From sequence record PQ478073.1: a stretch of 64,000 bases of DNA; one strand, given 5' to 3'. This document shows positions 9,842-23,324 of this stretch, one piece after another. The notes beneath the pieces were generated by a model, which was not told where the DNA came from, did not search any database, and saw nothing but the letters and a program-made list of their open reading frames with translations. The DNA is from a phage. The translations under genes and the position numbers were made by a program. Position 1 is the stretch's first letter; every line of letters starts with the position of its first letter.

Positions 9842-9868
9842 AATCATATAAAGTAAGAGGATTTATAA

Positions 9869-10375
9869 ATGAGTGTTGAATATTGGTTTTTGTTTGTGTG
9901 TATTGGTACACTTGCATTAATCACCATTGGATTGATTTTCAATACCATGATTAGTGGAAGTAAGTACTTTAAGACATTCCAACTTTTAATGTCTGCTATG
10001 CCATATAGTGCTGATGCCGAAAAAACAATTTCTCTAATTTTAGATAAGTTCGATGCAAATCTTTTGGTGGCTAAAATTTCAGCATGTGATACAAATATTT
10101 CATTCTACTCGGTTGACACGGATCTAGATGGAATTGATACACAATACTCAAATCCAGTAGTTGCTGAAATTTTCATTGGTTCAAAATATTATGCCTATGG
10201 ATATGTAAGAAAATATTATTCAGAAGCAAAAGCTGAGTTGACGAAGAAGCGACCATCAATAAAAACTTTAAAACGCATCATTGCGTTGGAAAAATCACTT
10301 CGTGGTCAAACAAGCGTTAATGAGCCACCATCAGTGATTAAATCCAAAAAAAGTAATGTTGTGGAGTTGGAGTAA
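9869..10375 (+). CDS. membrane-anchored hypothetical protein
   Basis: ORF 168 aa; N-terminal TM helix; SD AGAGGA. Confidence 0.55.
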   Translation: MSVEYWFLFVCIGTLALITIGLIFNTMISGSKYFKTFQLLMSAMPYSADAEKTISLILDKFDANLLVAKISACDTNISFYSVDTDLDGIDTQYSNPVVAEIFIGSKYYAYGYVRKYYSEAKAELTKKRPSIKTLKRIIALEKSLRGQTSVNEPPSVIKSKKSNVVELE

Positions 10376-10665
10376 TGGAACCAGAAAAATCAAGAAAAAT
10401 TCTTATTGATGTCCAAACTAAATTACTAGATATTATGGAAATCATCAATGAGTTACCACAGGGTTATCAGTACAAAGTTCGTGAAATGTTATCTTGTGCC
10501 GAAACCGTTGTTTCTATGTATGATGATATTCAACATGGTATTATCCCTGATATTCTCAAAGATGACGTAAATATTAACACTGAGGTAAAAGAAACTAAAT
10601 TAGAATCAGAAACAGTATCTAATAAAAAAGTTCTAGACCTTAGTGGTATAAAAATTAATATCTAA
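10375..10665 (+). CDS. hypothetical protein
   Basis: ORF 96 aa; ATG overlaps upstream stop. Confidence 0.5.
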   Translation: MEPEKSRKILIDVQTKLLDIMEIINELPQGYQYKVREMLSCAETVVSMYDDIQHGIIPDILKDDVNINTEVKETKLESETVSNKKVLDLSGIKINI

Positions 10666-10687
10666 AAAACATCCAATAGGAGAAGTA

Positions 10688-10837
10688 ATGAGTAATCAAA
10701 AAATCGACTTAGTAGTAAAACTTCAAGAGATTCAAGCACTAGCTAAAGACCTTGATAACACACGTGCATCAGTAGTTGATTCACTATGTGCAACAATCCT
10801 GACTGTTTTTACAGATTACGAAAAGAAATCTGATTAA
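10688..10837 (+). CDS. small hypothetical protein (49 aa)
   Basis: strong SD TAGGAGAAG; followed by terminator. Confidence 0.45.
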   Translation: MSNQKIDLVVKLQEIQALAKDLDNTRASVVDSLCATILTVFTDYEKKSD

Positions 10838-10850
10838 ACGTTACTTTGTA

Positions 10851-10880
10851 AATACCCAGTACTTGACTGGGTATTTTTTA
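10851..10880 (+). terminator. intrinsic terminator
   Basis: 10-bp stem AATACCCAGT/ACTGGGTATT, loop ACTTG, then TTTTT. Confidence 0.7.
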
Positions 10881-10890
10881 AGGAAATAAA

Positions 10891-11283
10891 ATGACTGAAT
10901 CAGAACTACACGAAATGATAGATTTCATTTATGAAATGGTACAAGATAAAAATAACATCAATACAATTGCATCAGGCCCAAGACAAATTGGTAACCAAAT
11001 AACATATTCTTTGTCCTTATGGTTACATCCGTGCATTAAGGTTGATTGTTTGTATTTCCGTCCTGATATTGATGCTTATTATTTTGTCAATCATGATGCA
11101 TTAATGAAACCACATAATCGTCCAGTTGATGATACCTTTGTGACACACCCATTTTACCTGGCTGATTCCGAAGAAGATGAGTTTCAAAAGAACACAACGT
11201 TAAGCCCAGGTGAAATTTGCATCCCTTACGTACTTAAAGATAAAATGAATCACATCACAGAAGTTATGAAAACATGCTGGTAG
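10891..11283 (+). CDS. hypothetical protein (divergent FFQ-like motif SEEDEFQKNT)
   Basis: ORF 130 aa; SD AAGGAA. Confidence 0.55.
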   Translation: MTESELHEMIDFIYEMVQDKNNINTIASGPRQIGNQITYSLSLWLHPCIKVDCLYFRPDIDAYYFVNHDALMKPHNRPVDDTFVTHPFYLADSEEDEFQKNTTLSPGEICIPYVLKDKMNHITEVMKTCW

Positions 11284-11331
11284 ATGCAATGAAACTCTGA
11301 TATAATACAAATAATGATAATAGGAGGATAT

Positions 11332-11550
11332 ATGAAATTTATTGATTTTGATATTTCTAAGGCCAAAGAATTATTTGTAAGAAATGAAGTTTATGATATC
11401 ATGTTACATAACGGCACTGTACAAGAAGATGTTGTGTTGTTTTCGTTTGATGGTGAAAATCTCGAAACTATATATAAATTCAGCAACTTAGATGGTGACT
11501 TTTGGGAAACCAGTGCTGTTAAAATGTATAGAATTAAAAAGGAGCATTAA
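11332..11550 (+). CDS. hypothetical protein
   Basis: start moved to ATG with SD TAGGAGGA. Confidence 0.5.
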   Translation: MKFIDFDISKAKELFVRNEVYDIMLHNGTVQEDVVLFSFDGENLETIYKFSNLDGDFWETSAVKMYRIKKEH

Positions 11551-11551
11551 C

Positions 11552-12040
11552 ATGCCAATTCGTGGTGTACCAGAACCATTAATGGAAGTTATTAAGCATG
11601 TTCGCATTGGAGATCGAGAAGTTAATCTTCGCCGTAATAACATTTATTACTTTAAAACTTCAGAAATGAGTTCTGTACAGATTGTCATTGGTACATCTAT
11701 TAAGATCACTCGCGTACTTGATGGTAGTACTGACTTCGTTGAATATAATGTACTTACTAATAAAGTAACGCATATATATAAATGGAGTGGGTATAAAACT
11801 ATTAAGTATGAATTTGACTTAGCTAGAACTGAAGAAGAACGATTTATGCTGAGTACTATCAATCCAGCAAACTATCCCGATCTTGATGCATTTTTGCTAA
11901 TTTTAAAATTGTATAATGAAGCAAATCAGAAAGCTAAAGAGTATGATAGAATCATGTATGAACGCCGAAAAGAACGTGCACAAAAAAGTTATGTTCTGTA
12001 TGATAGCCCATACGTAAAATATAGTAAGGGATCGAAATGA
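11552..12040 (+). CDS. hypothetical protein, FFQ-motif family
   Basis: start moved to ATG 11552 (SD AAGGAG); TEEERFMLSTINP. Confidence 0.55.
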   Translation: MPIRGVPEPLMEVIKHVRIGDREVNLRRNNIYYFKTSEMSSVQIVIGTSIKITRVLDGSTDFVEYNVLTNKVTHIYKWSGYKTIKYEFDLARTEEERFMLSTINPANYPDLDAFLLILKLYNEANQKAKEYDRIMYERRKERAQKSYVLYDSPYVKYSKGSK

Positions 12041-12441
12041 ATAAAGAAGTTCAAATTATCATAACTCCACCTATACAAAGTCTGGATGTATCCATTAGTG
12101 ATTTTTTGGAAAAATACTATGAATGGTTTAATGAAGATTCAGTAATTTATAACCATTCATTGCCTGATGGTTTCGTTGAGCTTATTGAATTAAATGCCAA
12201 ATCACTATACTTCTGTGTTGAATACAATGATTATATGACAGATGAAGCATATCGTTTTCGTTGTACATTGTATCCTAACCATTTTTCCATTGGTTATAAA
12301 GATTACCAGTACTGTACCACTAACTATAGTGTTGAGGAAGAATTTCAGTACAATTTACTTTATCCTGATTTAGATTATACGATTGCAGTACTGTTGACTA
12401 AAATCATGGATTTTTATAAAGATAAATATAATGCAGCCTAA
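12037..12441 (+). CDS. hypothetical protein, FFQ-like motif (EEEFQYNLLY)
   Basis: ORF 134 aa. Confidence 0.5.
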   Translation: MNKEVQIIITPPIQSLDVSISDFLEKYYEWFNEDSVIYNHSLPDGFVELIELNAKSLYFCVEYNDYMTDEAYRFRCTLYPNHFSIGYKDYQYCTTNYSVEEEFQYNLLYPDLDYTIAVLLTKIMDFYKDKYNAA

Positions 12442-12616
12442 GACATTTGATGAGTGGTTTAATCTACACTATAATATAAATGCAGCAGATATATACTATT
12501 TTAAGCTTGAATTGTATATATCATTGCGTAACCCAATTGAGTACTATAACAACATTATCAATTGTGATGATTTTGGTACATATTTTAGTATAGCCGTTAT
12601 GGATATTAAGAGATGA
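12431..12616 (+). CDS. hypothetical protein
   Basis: ORF 61 aa, weak SD. Confidence 0.35.
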   Translation: MQPKTFDEWFNLHYNINAADIYYFKLELYISLRNPIEYYNNIINCDDFGTYFSIAVMDIKR

Positions 12617-12792
12617 CACATGAAGAATGGATGACAATGATGAAAAAACGTTATGACCAGTTTGGAAATGGATTTATTGATGGTCATTTCGATATTTTAC
12701 GAGACAAATATAAGTTCGAATCATATGTACTAGATGAGAATGGAAATCGTTGGTTCATCTATGAGCTTGCGGTTAGAGACAAAAAAATATAA
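12613..12792 (+). CDS. MTHEEW-family mini-protein (59 aa)
   Basis: MTHEEWM N-term, FGNG and W-F-I-Y-E-L-A motifs shared with 4 paralogs. Confidence 0.55.
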   Translation: MTHEEWMTMMKKRYDQFGNGFIDGHFDILRDKYKFESYVLDENGNRWFIYELAVRDKKI

Positions 12793-12870
12793 TAATCTTT
12801 TCCATTGTCCATTGCAATGCTTTCTTTACAGAAGAATAAATGAAACACTTAATTGAACTGGATACATAAA

Positions 12871-13047
12871 ATGACACATGAAGAATGGATAGAGTCACTA
12901 AAATATAAACATGATCATTTTGGATTTGGTATACGCCAAGGCCATTATGATGTTTTGAACGATAAAAAAACGTTCGAATCATTGGTTTTGGACGAAGATT
13001 CCAACCACTGGTTCATCTACGAGCTTGCTATTAGAGATAAAAAATAG
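12871..13047 (+). CDS. MTHEEW-family mini-protein
   Basis: paralog; track ORF starts at TTG 12853, ATG 12871 matches family N-terminus. Confidence 0.55.
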   Translation: MTHEEWIESLKYKHDHFGFGIRQGHYDVLNDKKTFESLVLDEDSNHWFIYELAIRDKK

Positions 13048-13052
13048 TAAGA

Positions 13053-13388
<336 letters not shown>

Positions 13389-13389
13389 A

Positions 13390-13572
13390 ATGACACACGA
13401 AGAATGGATGTCCAAACAGCATAAAGAACATGACTGCTTTGGGAATGGCATTCGTCAGGTACATTATGATATATTAAGAGATGAAAATCTTTTCAGGTCA
13501 TATGTTTTGGATACCAGAAAACCCTGGTTTATATGCGAACTGGCATTTAGAAAGTCAAATAATCAAAACTAA
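13390..13572 (+). CDS. MTHEEW-family mini-protein
   Basis: paralog; upstream DNA TTAATTGNACTGGATACATAAA shared with 12871 copy. Confidence 0.55.
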   Translation: MTHEEWMSKQHKEHDCFGNGIRQVHYDILRDENLFRSYVLDTRKPWFICELAFRKSNNQN

Positions 13573-13588
13573 ACAAGGAATACAAAAA

Positions 13589-13807
13589 ATGAAAACAACT
13601 TTATTTGAAGTTATTCAATCATTAAAACCTGAAGATGAGGTTCAAGTACTACTACATGGTTATCGTGTAAAAGGTACTGTGGTTTTAGTCAATGATACAA
13701 CATTGGTTATTACAGAAACAAACCCATATGATAGTAATCAACTTGCCAATATCCATATCGATATCACTGGAATTATTGGTGTCGGTGTATCTAAAACACT
13801 TGCATAA
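13589..13807 (+). CDS. hypothetical protein
   Basis: start moved to ATG 13589 (MKTTLF), SD AAGGAA. Confidence 0.45.
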   Translation: MKTTLFEVIQSLKPEDEVQVLLHGYRVKGTVVLVNDTTLVITETNPYDSNQLANIHIDITGIIGVGVSKTLA

Positions 13808-13860
13808 ATCATTAATTCATTATATAATGATTATCACTGGTTCTAGATGAGGATAATATT

Positions 13861-14133
13861 ATGCATTTTGAAAAATTCAACGTAAATCGTAACACACGCA
13901 TTGAAGTTCTTTATGAAACTCAAGACACCATTAGTATTCGTACAAATAGTGGGGATGTATATCATGACTGTACGATTGGCTGGGAACAGGGAAGAACGCG
14001 TAGTGCAGTATTTGATAATTATCGCTTTTATCAAGGAGACACTACGATTTGGCCTGAATACGTAGAAGATATTGCGTTTGAAGATGAACATAAAGATGAA
14101 TTTATCAAATTTAATCCTCAAACTGAATCATAA
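13861..14133 (+). CDS. hypothetical protein
   Basis: ORF 90 aa; SD GAGGA. Confidence 0.5.
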   Translation: MHFEKFNVNRNTRIEVLYETQDTISIRTNSGDVYHDCTIGWEQGRTRSAVFDNYRFYQGDTTIWPEYVEDIAFEDEHKDEFIKFNPQTES

Positions 14134-14150
14134 ATAATGGGACATCACAT

Positions 14151-14266
<116 letters not shown>

Positions 14267-14270
14267 AAAT

Positions 14271-14372
<102 letters not shown>

Positions 14373-14377
14373 AAACC

Positions 14378-14538
14378 ATGACGCATGAAGAATGGATGAA
14401 TGACATTAATTTTAGATATGCAGGTTTCGGTAACTGGAGAAAGTATCATTGGGAAATCATGTCAGACCCAGCAGAATACGATAAACTTATAAACCATGAA
14501 GCGTATCCGTGGTTCTTTATTGAAATAATGGTACGAAC

Positions 14539-14542
<4 letters not shown>
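14378..14542 (+). CDS. MTHEEW-family mini-protein (54 aa)
   Basis: paralog immediately after tRNA pair. Confidence 0.5.
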
Positions 14543-14704
<162 letters not shown>

Positions 14705-14713
14705 AAAAAAAGA

Positions 14714-15126
<413 letters not shown>

Positions 15127-15193
15127 CTAAATAATTCAGTACTGAGGATATTAATATGTTTAAAGATGAACGTCCAGATTTGTAAAAAGTACT

Positions 15194-15221
15194 TGACTAA
15201 ATAGTTTAGTACTGATATAAT
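15194..15221 (+). promoter_or_regulatory. promoter cassette TTGACT-N16-TATAAT with CAGTACTG-like box
   Basis: copy of 14714 cassette; followed by ~360 nt lacking a convincing ORF. Confidence 0.55.
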
Positions 15222-15585
15222 GAATTCCACAATCAGACGTATATGGTGTAAGTTACGTCGATGCAATCCAGAACAAGATCTCTGGTACTCTAGGAAGTGG
15301 TGAATGTTAACCTAGACGGGTTTGATAATTGGACGATAGGCAATTATTACTTGACTAGCAGGTTGAAACTAGAGGTGACAGTCCTTCACCAAACTGGAAA
15401 ACCGGATGGACTTTTATTTAAAAGGGTAAGGCGTGGAAATATGTTTACAGAAGTTGCTTTTAGTAGCCTGTACGCCCCACGTCAAGGTAGCCGAAAGGCA
15501 AGTTAAAACGGATGGTTATAAAGCTGAATTAACAGCGGCGTTTAAAAGCGTCACCATCCATTTTTTTTTAATTAAAGTTGGTGAT

Positions 15586-15964
<379 letters not shown>

Positions 15965-15975
<11 letters not shown>

Positions 15976-15994
15976 TTTTCAGTACTGATATAAT
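15965..15994 (+). promoter_or_regulatory. putative promoter (TGGACA-N18-TATAAT) for tRNA-Ser(GCU)
   Basis: -10 hexamer 7 nt upstream of tRNA 5' end. Confidence 0.45.
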
Positions 15995-16000
15995 TAATTT

Positions 16001-16237
<237 letters not shown>

Positions 16238-16310
16238 CTTTTTAATTTAAAAGTACTTTACTGTAGTGTTTAGTACCGTATAATGTAAACAAAAGGATAA
16301 AATAAAACTC

Positions 16311-16835
<525 letters not shown>

Positions 16836-16857
16836 TTAAAAAATCAGTACTTTATTA

Positions 16858-17242
<385 letters not shown>

Positions 17243-17255
17243 TTCACATGATATA

Positions 17256-17931
<676 letters not shown>

Positions 17932-17943
17932 CGGGTATTATAA

Positions 17944-18353
<410 letters not shown>

Positions 18354-18354
18354 T

Positions 18355-18489
<135 letters not shown>

Positions 18490-18491
18490 TA

Positions 18492-18548
<57 letters not shown>

Positions 18549-18549
18549 A

Positions 18550-18581
<32 letters not shown>

Positions 18582-18633
18582 TACCAAGCAGCTTGAAGAA
18601 CTTTGTAGTGCTGCACCTATGCCGACTCTTGGC

Positions 18634-18734
<101 letters not shown>

Positions 18735-18746
18735 TATCTTACTTCT

Positions 18747-18836
<90 letters not shown>

Positions 18837-18842
18837 TACACT

Positions 18843-19268
18843 ATGACATACAACATTGTTAAAATGGTGAACTATGTATTAAAAAACAACGCATGGTCAC
18901 TGCATGATGTACAATTAGAAGATATTGGTGAAGTTAGAGTATTTTGCTATGATCCAGATTTGAATCAAACCACAGATTTGAGTAAATGTTTTAATATTTT
19001 TCTTGGTTATGAATTCAATAATCATTTTTATTCATTTGATGTGTATTTTGAAAAAGTTATATTCAGAAGTTATGAATGTGATAATGAAGATTATGATTAT
19101 GATGATGAATCAATTGAATTGAATGTTAACGATATTGATACTGAAGAAAAATTCTTCCAGTACTGCCTCCTTAACGACATATTAGGATTAACATTTGAGG
19201 ACATTAAAGCTATACTTAAAGTTCAAAAGTTGATTCCAGAAGAGGTTCTAAATCCATTAAATGACTAG
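18843..19268 (+). CDS. hypothetical protein, FFQ-motif family
   Basis: ORF 141 aa; C-term TEEKFFQYCLLNDILGLTFEDI. Confidence 0.6.
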   Translation: MTYNIVKMVNYVLKNNAWSLHDVQLEDIGEVRVFCYDPDLNQTTDLSKCFNIFLGYEFNNHFYSFDVYFEKVIFRSYECDNEDYDYDDESIELNVNDIDTEEKFFQYCLLNDILGLTFEDIKAILKVQKLIPEEVLNPLND

Positions 19269-19626
19269 TCTAATAGTACGTATAATGCAAGATGTTTGTA
19301 ATAACCTTTATACAGGCAATTTTGACGATCCGAACATAAAAATATTATGTTATGATGGTTTTACAATGGTACATCCAGCCTATTCAAATAATATCTACGT
19401 AGCATATACAGGTGAAAATCTATTATATCAATTTGATATATATAGTACAATGACAAAGATAATTTTGGATGCCTCTAAACCAGCAATCTTTATTGCTTCT
19501 CATGATTACCATTACACTGAAGAATCACTATTTCAGTACTCAATGATTAATGACATTGGTGGGTTGACATTGGATGAGGTTAATGCTATACTAGCTGTCT
19601 CACGTTTGGTTAAAACCCACAATTAG
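19261..19626 (+). CDS. hypothetical protein, FFQ-motif family
   Basis: ORF 121 aa; C-term TEESLFQYSMINDIGGLTLDEV. Confidence 0.6.
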   Translation: MTSLIVRIMQDVCNNLYTGNFDDPNIKILCYDGFTMVHPAYSNNIYVAYTGENLLYQFDIYSTMTKIILDASKPAIFIASHDYHYTEESLFQYSMINDIGGLTLDEVNAILAVSRLVKTHN

Positions 19627-19635
19627 GAGATTCAT

Positions 19636-19827
19636 ATGTTCTGGAATTTATTATGCTTGTTTGGTCGTACATTGGTTCTTGCTATTATTCATACACCTGG
19701 TATTCGTAATTATGTTTCTTATGAATTTAAGAAAAATTATCACAACAATACTGAAGTTCGTACAACTAAGATGTGCAAAGACTTCAAGGTAGATGTTCCA
19801 CCATTCAAGAAGTACGAGGATGAATAA
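19636..19827 (+). CDS. hypothetical membrane protein
   Basis: ORF 63 aa; SD AGGAG. Confidence 0.5.
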   Translation: MFWNLLCLFGRTLVLAIIHTPGIRNYVSYEFKKNYHNNTEVRTTKMCKDFKVDVPPFKKYEDE

Positions 19828-20111
19828 TGGAATTCATTGTTGCACCTGATGAACTTAAAACATTCACGTTCAGAGATAATAACAATTATCCTTATACAAA
19901 TCATTCATTGAATTCATTACATGTTATTGCAATCATTGCATCTGAATACAGGGATAATCCATGTATTGATTTTAAAACCACTGATGGCGAATATACATGG
20001 GTGATCCCAAAAGATAAATATAGTTATCAAGGGGCAGTAGAAATTCGTGACTCGATTCTAAAACAAATCGAAGATGGAAATACTCATCCTAAACTAAACA
20101 CTCAGTACTGA
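19827..20111 (+). CDS. hypothetical protein
   Basis: ORF 94 aa. Confidence 0.5.
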   Translation: MEFIVAPDELKTFTFRDNNNYPYTNHSLNSLHVIAIIASEYRDNPCIDFKTTDGEYTWVIPKDKYSYQGAVEIRDSILKQIEDGNTHPKLNTQY

Positions 20112-20300
20112 AATCGTTTAACCCGATAGCTTCTAGTCAGTACTGATTCCTCCTTATGTATAGAAGCTATCACTTTTTTACGTATAATGATATTACCCTC
20201 AAATTCATTATATTCGTTACCCTCTAACAGTATCTTTTTATTCCTCTTGGATGCTGTAATTTAGAAGTTGACTTTTTAACTTCTACTGTGTTATACTTAA

Positions 20301-20327
20301 GGCTGATTCGATGAATCGGCCTTTTTT
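20301..20327 (+). terminator. intrinsic terminator
   Basis: stem GGCTGATTC/GAATCGGCC (one G-U), loop GAT, then TTTTTTC. Confidence 0.6.
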
Positions 20328-20345
20328 CTTATATAGGTGAATGCA

Positions 20346-20765
20346 ATGAGTTATTTGTTTACTTTAATTGATAAGTATGTTGACATTGTATACCGTCAAG
20401 TTTGTAGTGATACGTTTGAAACAAAAAACCCAATTAGAGATGGCATTTTTGATGTTGTCGTTGGATCATTTTTGAATGGATACACAGAGACATTATACAA
20501 CAGTAATAATATTTTTATTTCAGTTCAATCCAGACATACATCAGACTATGCTGTTAGCATTGATATTTGGGAAAATAATATAGAAATAGATATAACGGAA
20601 CATACTAACATTCATGTTGATGATACATTTAATCAATTAACTGAAGAAATGTACTTGCAGTTGAATTTTGTACATGATCTTACAAATATCAGTTATGATA
20701 CATTAAGGAAAATATGTTTTCTTAGTGGGGTGATCCGTAGTAATATGAGTAAGGATGGGAAGTGA
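20346..20765 (+). CDS. hypothetical protein, FFQ-motif family
   Basis: start moved to ATG 20346 (SD AGGTGA); TEEMYLQLNFVHDL. Confidence 0.5.
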   Translation: MSYLFTLIDKYVDIVYRQVCSDTFETKNPIRDGIFDVVVGSFLNGYTETLYNSNNIFISVQSRHTSDYAVSIDIWENNIEIDITEHTNIHVDDTFNQLTEEMYLQLNFVHDLTNISYDTLRKICFLSGVIRSNMSKDGK

Positions 20766-20766
20766 A

Positions 20767-21183
20767 ATGTTAAAAATTCCACCTAAGTCGTTAACACATC
20801 TTATTGAATGTGGTGTAATATTTTCCGAAGGTGATACCTCATCATACACATTGGTCGATGAACCTTATAATTTTTCATACCAATCTTATAAAAATAATTC
20901 TAAAATTTCTTGTAGATATGCTGAAAACATATTAATAGATGTTTCGTTACATAATGTTCCGAAATTTTACATTGATATCTTTGGTGATTCTTTGACAATT
21001 CGAACATATGATTATTTTATTAATAAAGACCTCTTGAGTCTTCCAATTGAACATGATACTATAGATTCAGAGATGTTCTTTCAGCTATCAACAGTTTACG
21101 ATTTACAGGGTTTAACTGTTGAGCAGTTGAATGGAATATTTGAGATTTCACGAAACATACGAAGCAGGAATAAAAATGTCTAA
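20767..21183 (+). CDS. hypothetical protein, FFQ-motif family
   Basis: start at ATG 20767 after upstream stop; DSEMFFQLSTVYDLQGLTVEQL. Confidence 0.55.
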   Translation: MLKIPPKSLTHLIECGVIFSEGDTSSYTLVDEPYNFSYQSYKNNSKISCRYAENILIDVSLHNVPKFYIDIFGDSLTIRTYDYFINKDLLSLPIEHDTIDSEMFFQLSTVYDLQGLTVEQLNGIFEISRNIRSRNKNV

Positions 21184-21586
21184 TATTTTAAATGAAAAAA
21201 CAGTTGATGTTGTTATTGGTGTTCTTAACACCGCAACTTCATTTCAGAAGAAACACAGTGTTGTATACTTTGGTGAAGATTGTTGGCTGAACTATACTAA
21301 TAATTCGTTTATAATTCGTGTAGAGGCTGATGATATTGGATTAACCGTTCAGGTAGGATGTGCCAAAACTGACAAACAAATCACTGTCATTGTTGATAAA
21401 CTTACGTCTTCTTTTTATGATAGTATAGATGATTGTGAACACTATAGTTCAACATTTTATGATACAGAAGAAGAACATTTTATGGAAAGTACTGTTCAAG
21501 AGTTAGCTATTCCATATAAGCTAATGAAAGCCGTGAGTGATTTAATTTTAAAATATAAAAAAATAGGAGTTACTAATGCAATTTAA
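21176..21586 (+). CDS. hypothetical protein, FFQ-motif family
   Basis: start at ATG 21176 (MSNIL); TEEEHFMESTVQEL. Confidence 0.55.
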   Translation: MSNILNEKTVDVVIGVLNTATSFQKKHSVVYFGEDCWLNYTNNSFIIRVEADDIGLTVQVGCAKTDKQITVIVDKLTSSFYDSIDDCEHYSSTFYDTEEEHFMESTVQELAIPYKLMKAVSDLILKYKKIGVTNAI

Positions 21587-22022
21587 TGGTAAAGTTTCCA
21601 AAGTAGGTTTGGTTTTTGAAAACTGTGAATTTGTTGATATTGATGTAAAGAATGTTTTATGGATGCATATTGCTGATGAGAAGACTCTTTGTAGCCGTTT
21701 TTCAAACGGACTGACAATTAGTACTGTTATCGGTGAGTTCGGTATTGCATTACGCAGAAATACACCATCGGATTTCATGGACAACTCTACACTGTTAGAC
21801 CGTTTAAAAATGCGTGACGTTACACACGTTTATCTATATGATACTAACGGTGTTGAACAGCGTTATGTAGTTGAATGGGCTAATTATAACCTTAGTGATC
21901 AATATTCAGTAAACCAGCGTGTTCAAATCACCCCTGGTGGTAATATTGTGTTTGTTAGTTCAACTGGTAAATTAATCAGTGTAGATGATAAAAACATTGA
22001 CCTATTCACAGCATATAACTAA
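21576..22022 (+). CDS. hypothetical protein
   Basis: ORF 148 aa; SD AGGAG. Confidence 0.55.
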   Translation: MQFNGKVSKVGLVFENCEFVDIDVKNVLWMHIADEKTLCSRFSNGLTISTVIGEFGIALRRNTPSDFMDNSTLLDRLKMRDVTHVYLYDTNGVEQRYVVEWANYNLSDQYSVNQRVQITPGGNIVFVSSTGKLISVDDKNIDLFTAYN

Positions 22023-22033
22023 TACGAGCTTCC

Positions 22034-22453
22034 ATGAAAACAATCAAAATTCATTTCAAAGACACTTGGACAGAAGTAAGTACTGGTAATATTCAGGATA
22101 TTTTATATAGTACTGAAACTATTCATGTTTATGATGAAGAGACTGCTTCCGAGCAGTTAAAAGTTTTGCATCGTAGTGTTGGTGTGCACACTGAATATGG
22201 CATTAAACATACTCGTGAATTACTTAATACTAATCACATTGAAACCCGTAAAGCAAACTTATCAAAAGAAGAAATGTTCGATTTCATCCTGAACCATAAA
22301 GTTCATATTGAGCCTGATGGGTCTATATGGGAGAACACTGCTGGACAAAAAGTGCTGAAAAAATATCATGTTTCAATTGATAATGTAAAAATGTCAGGGT
22401 ATGATTTGGAAGATGCAATTAATGAATATGTATCTAGGCAGAGGGCAAATTGA
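22034..22453 (+). CDS. hypothetical protein
   Basis: ORF 139 aa. Confidence 0.5.
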   Translation: MKTIKIHFKDTWTEVSTGNIQDILYSTETIHVYDEETASEQLKVLHRSVGVHTEYGIKHTRELLNTNHIETRKANLSKEEMFDFILNHKVHIEPDGSIWENTAGQKVLKKYHVSIDNVKMSGYDLEDAINEYVSRQRAN

Positions 22454-22824
22454 TGAGCTTGATAACATTTACAATTATTTGTTGCATTACTATTGTACTT
22501 TGTCGCCTGATTCATGTATACTCATATCATAAAGCGTTGCGAATCGAACAAGAGATTTACAACGAAAACCGAGAACCAGAACCAGTCAAGAAGCCACCAT
22601 CACCTTATGGGTTGAAACGTGAGATGCATTCTCAAAGTAAAAAGTGGGGTTATGCAATTACTAAAAATGGCTACATCTATACTGCAAGTAATGGTTATTT
22701 TCAAATTCACCACGAATTAGAAGTGGCAGTTCAAATTTTGTGGGAGATGGAGGACATTGGTGGTTATGAGCGTACTAAGTTTGAATTCATATCAAATGAT
22801 CCAGGAACTTCACGAGAAACATGA
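22450..22824 (+). CDS. membrane-anchored hypothetical protein
   Basis: ORF 124 aa; N-terminal TM helix. Confidence 0.5.
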   Translation: MMSLITFTIICCITIVLCRLIHVYSYHKALRIEQEIYNENREPEPVKKPPSPYGLKREMHSQSKKWGYAITKNGYIYTASNGYFQIHHELEVAVQILWEMEDIGGYERTKFEFISNDPGTSRET

Positions 22825-22858
22825 TATAATTGTTGATGTGGAGAAGAAGGAAGTCGTT

Positions 22859-22969
22859 ATGAAAAAGCAAGCATATAGAATTTTAGAAGACTTCCATCTA
22901 AAAGCATTTATAATGAAGTTCTGTACAGATGAACATCTTACCGGACGAGTAATACGTAAGGAGTTGTAA
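22859..22969 (+). CDS. small hypothetical protein (36 aa; start ambiguous)
   Basis: ATG with SD GGAGAAGAAGGAAG; longer track ORF 22757 overlaps upstream gene. Confidence 0.3.
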   Translation: MKKQAYRILEDFHLKAFIMKFCTDEHLTGRVIRKEL

Positions 22970-23311
22970 ATGAACTTAAGTTCAACAATTCAGTACTTGA
23001 GCAGTAACTTCGAGAAAATTATTTCTCGCGGTGGGATGATTGTACACCCAGAAACAGAGGAAATGTACATCATTGGATTTGATAAAAATTCTTATGATCA
23101 AGTACTTGTAATTTCCAAGTTAGAAAGTTATAATGAAGTTGTTCAGTTTTGCTGTACCGAATTTGGTATCTATATTAAAGACGCTGAAACTAATACAATT
23201 TCGCATTATTTTTACCACACACTGATGGGTACTAAAGACTTCGGCTTGAAGTTCGATGATTTAGTACAATGTCACTATATGTTTAAAACCTTCCCAGCTA
23301 GTGGGCATTAA
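22970..23311 (+). CDS. hypothetical protein
   Basis: ORF 113 aa; SD AAGGAG. Confidence 0.55.
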   Translation: MNLSSTIQYLSSNFEKIISRGGMIVHPETEEMYIIGFDKNSYDQVLVISKLESYNEVVQFCCTEFGIYIKDAETNTISHYFYHTLMGTKDFGLKFDDLVQCHYMFKTFPASGH

Positions 23312-23324
23312 GGAGTATATCAAT

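Noticed and set aside
12853-13047. N-terminal extensions MNWIHK / MYWIHK on two MTHEEW genes (track starts 12853 and 13372)
   Set aside because: They begin at TTG; the ATG six codons downstream reproduces the family N-terminus MTHEEW seen in three other copies.
15297-15506. 69-aa ORF within the ORF-poor segment of the tRNA cluster
   Set aside because: GTG start with an SD-like sequence too close to the start codon and atypical composition; treated as non-coding pending evidence.
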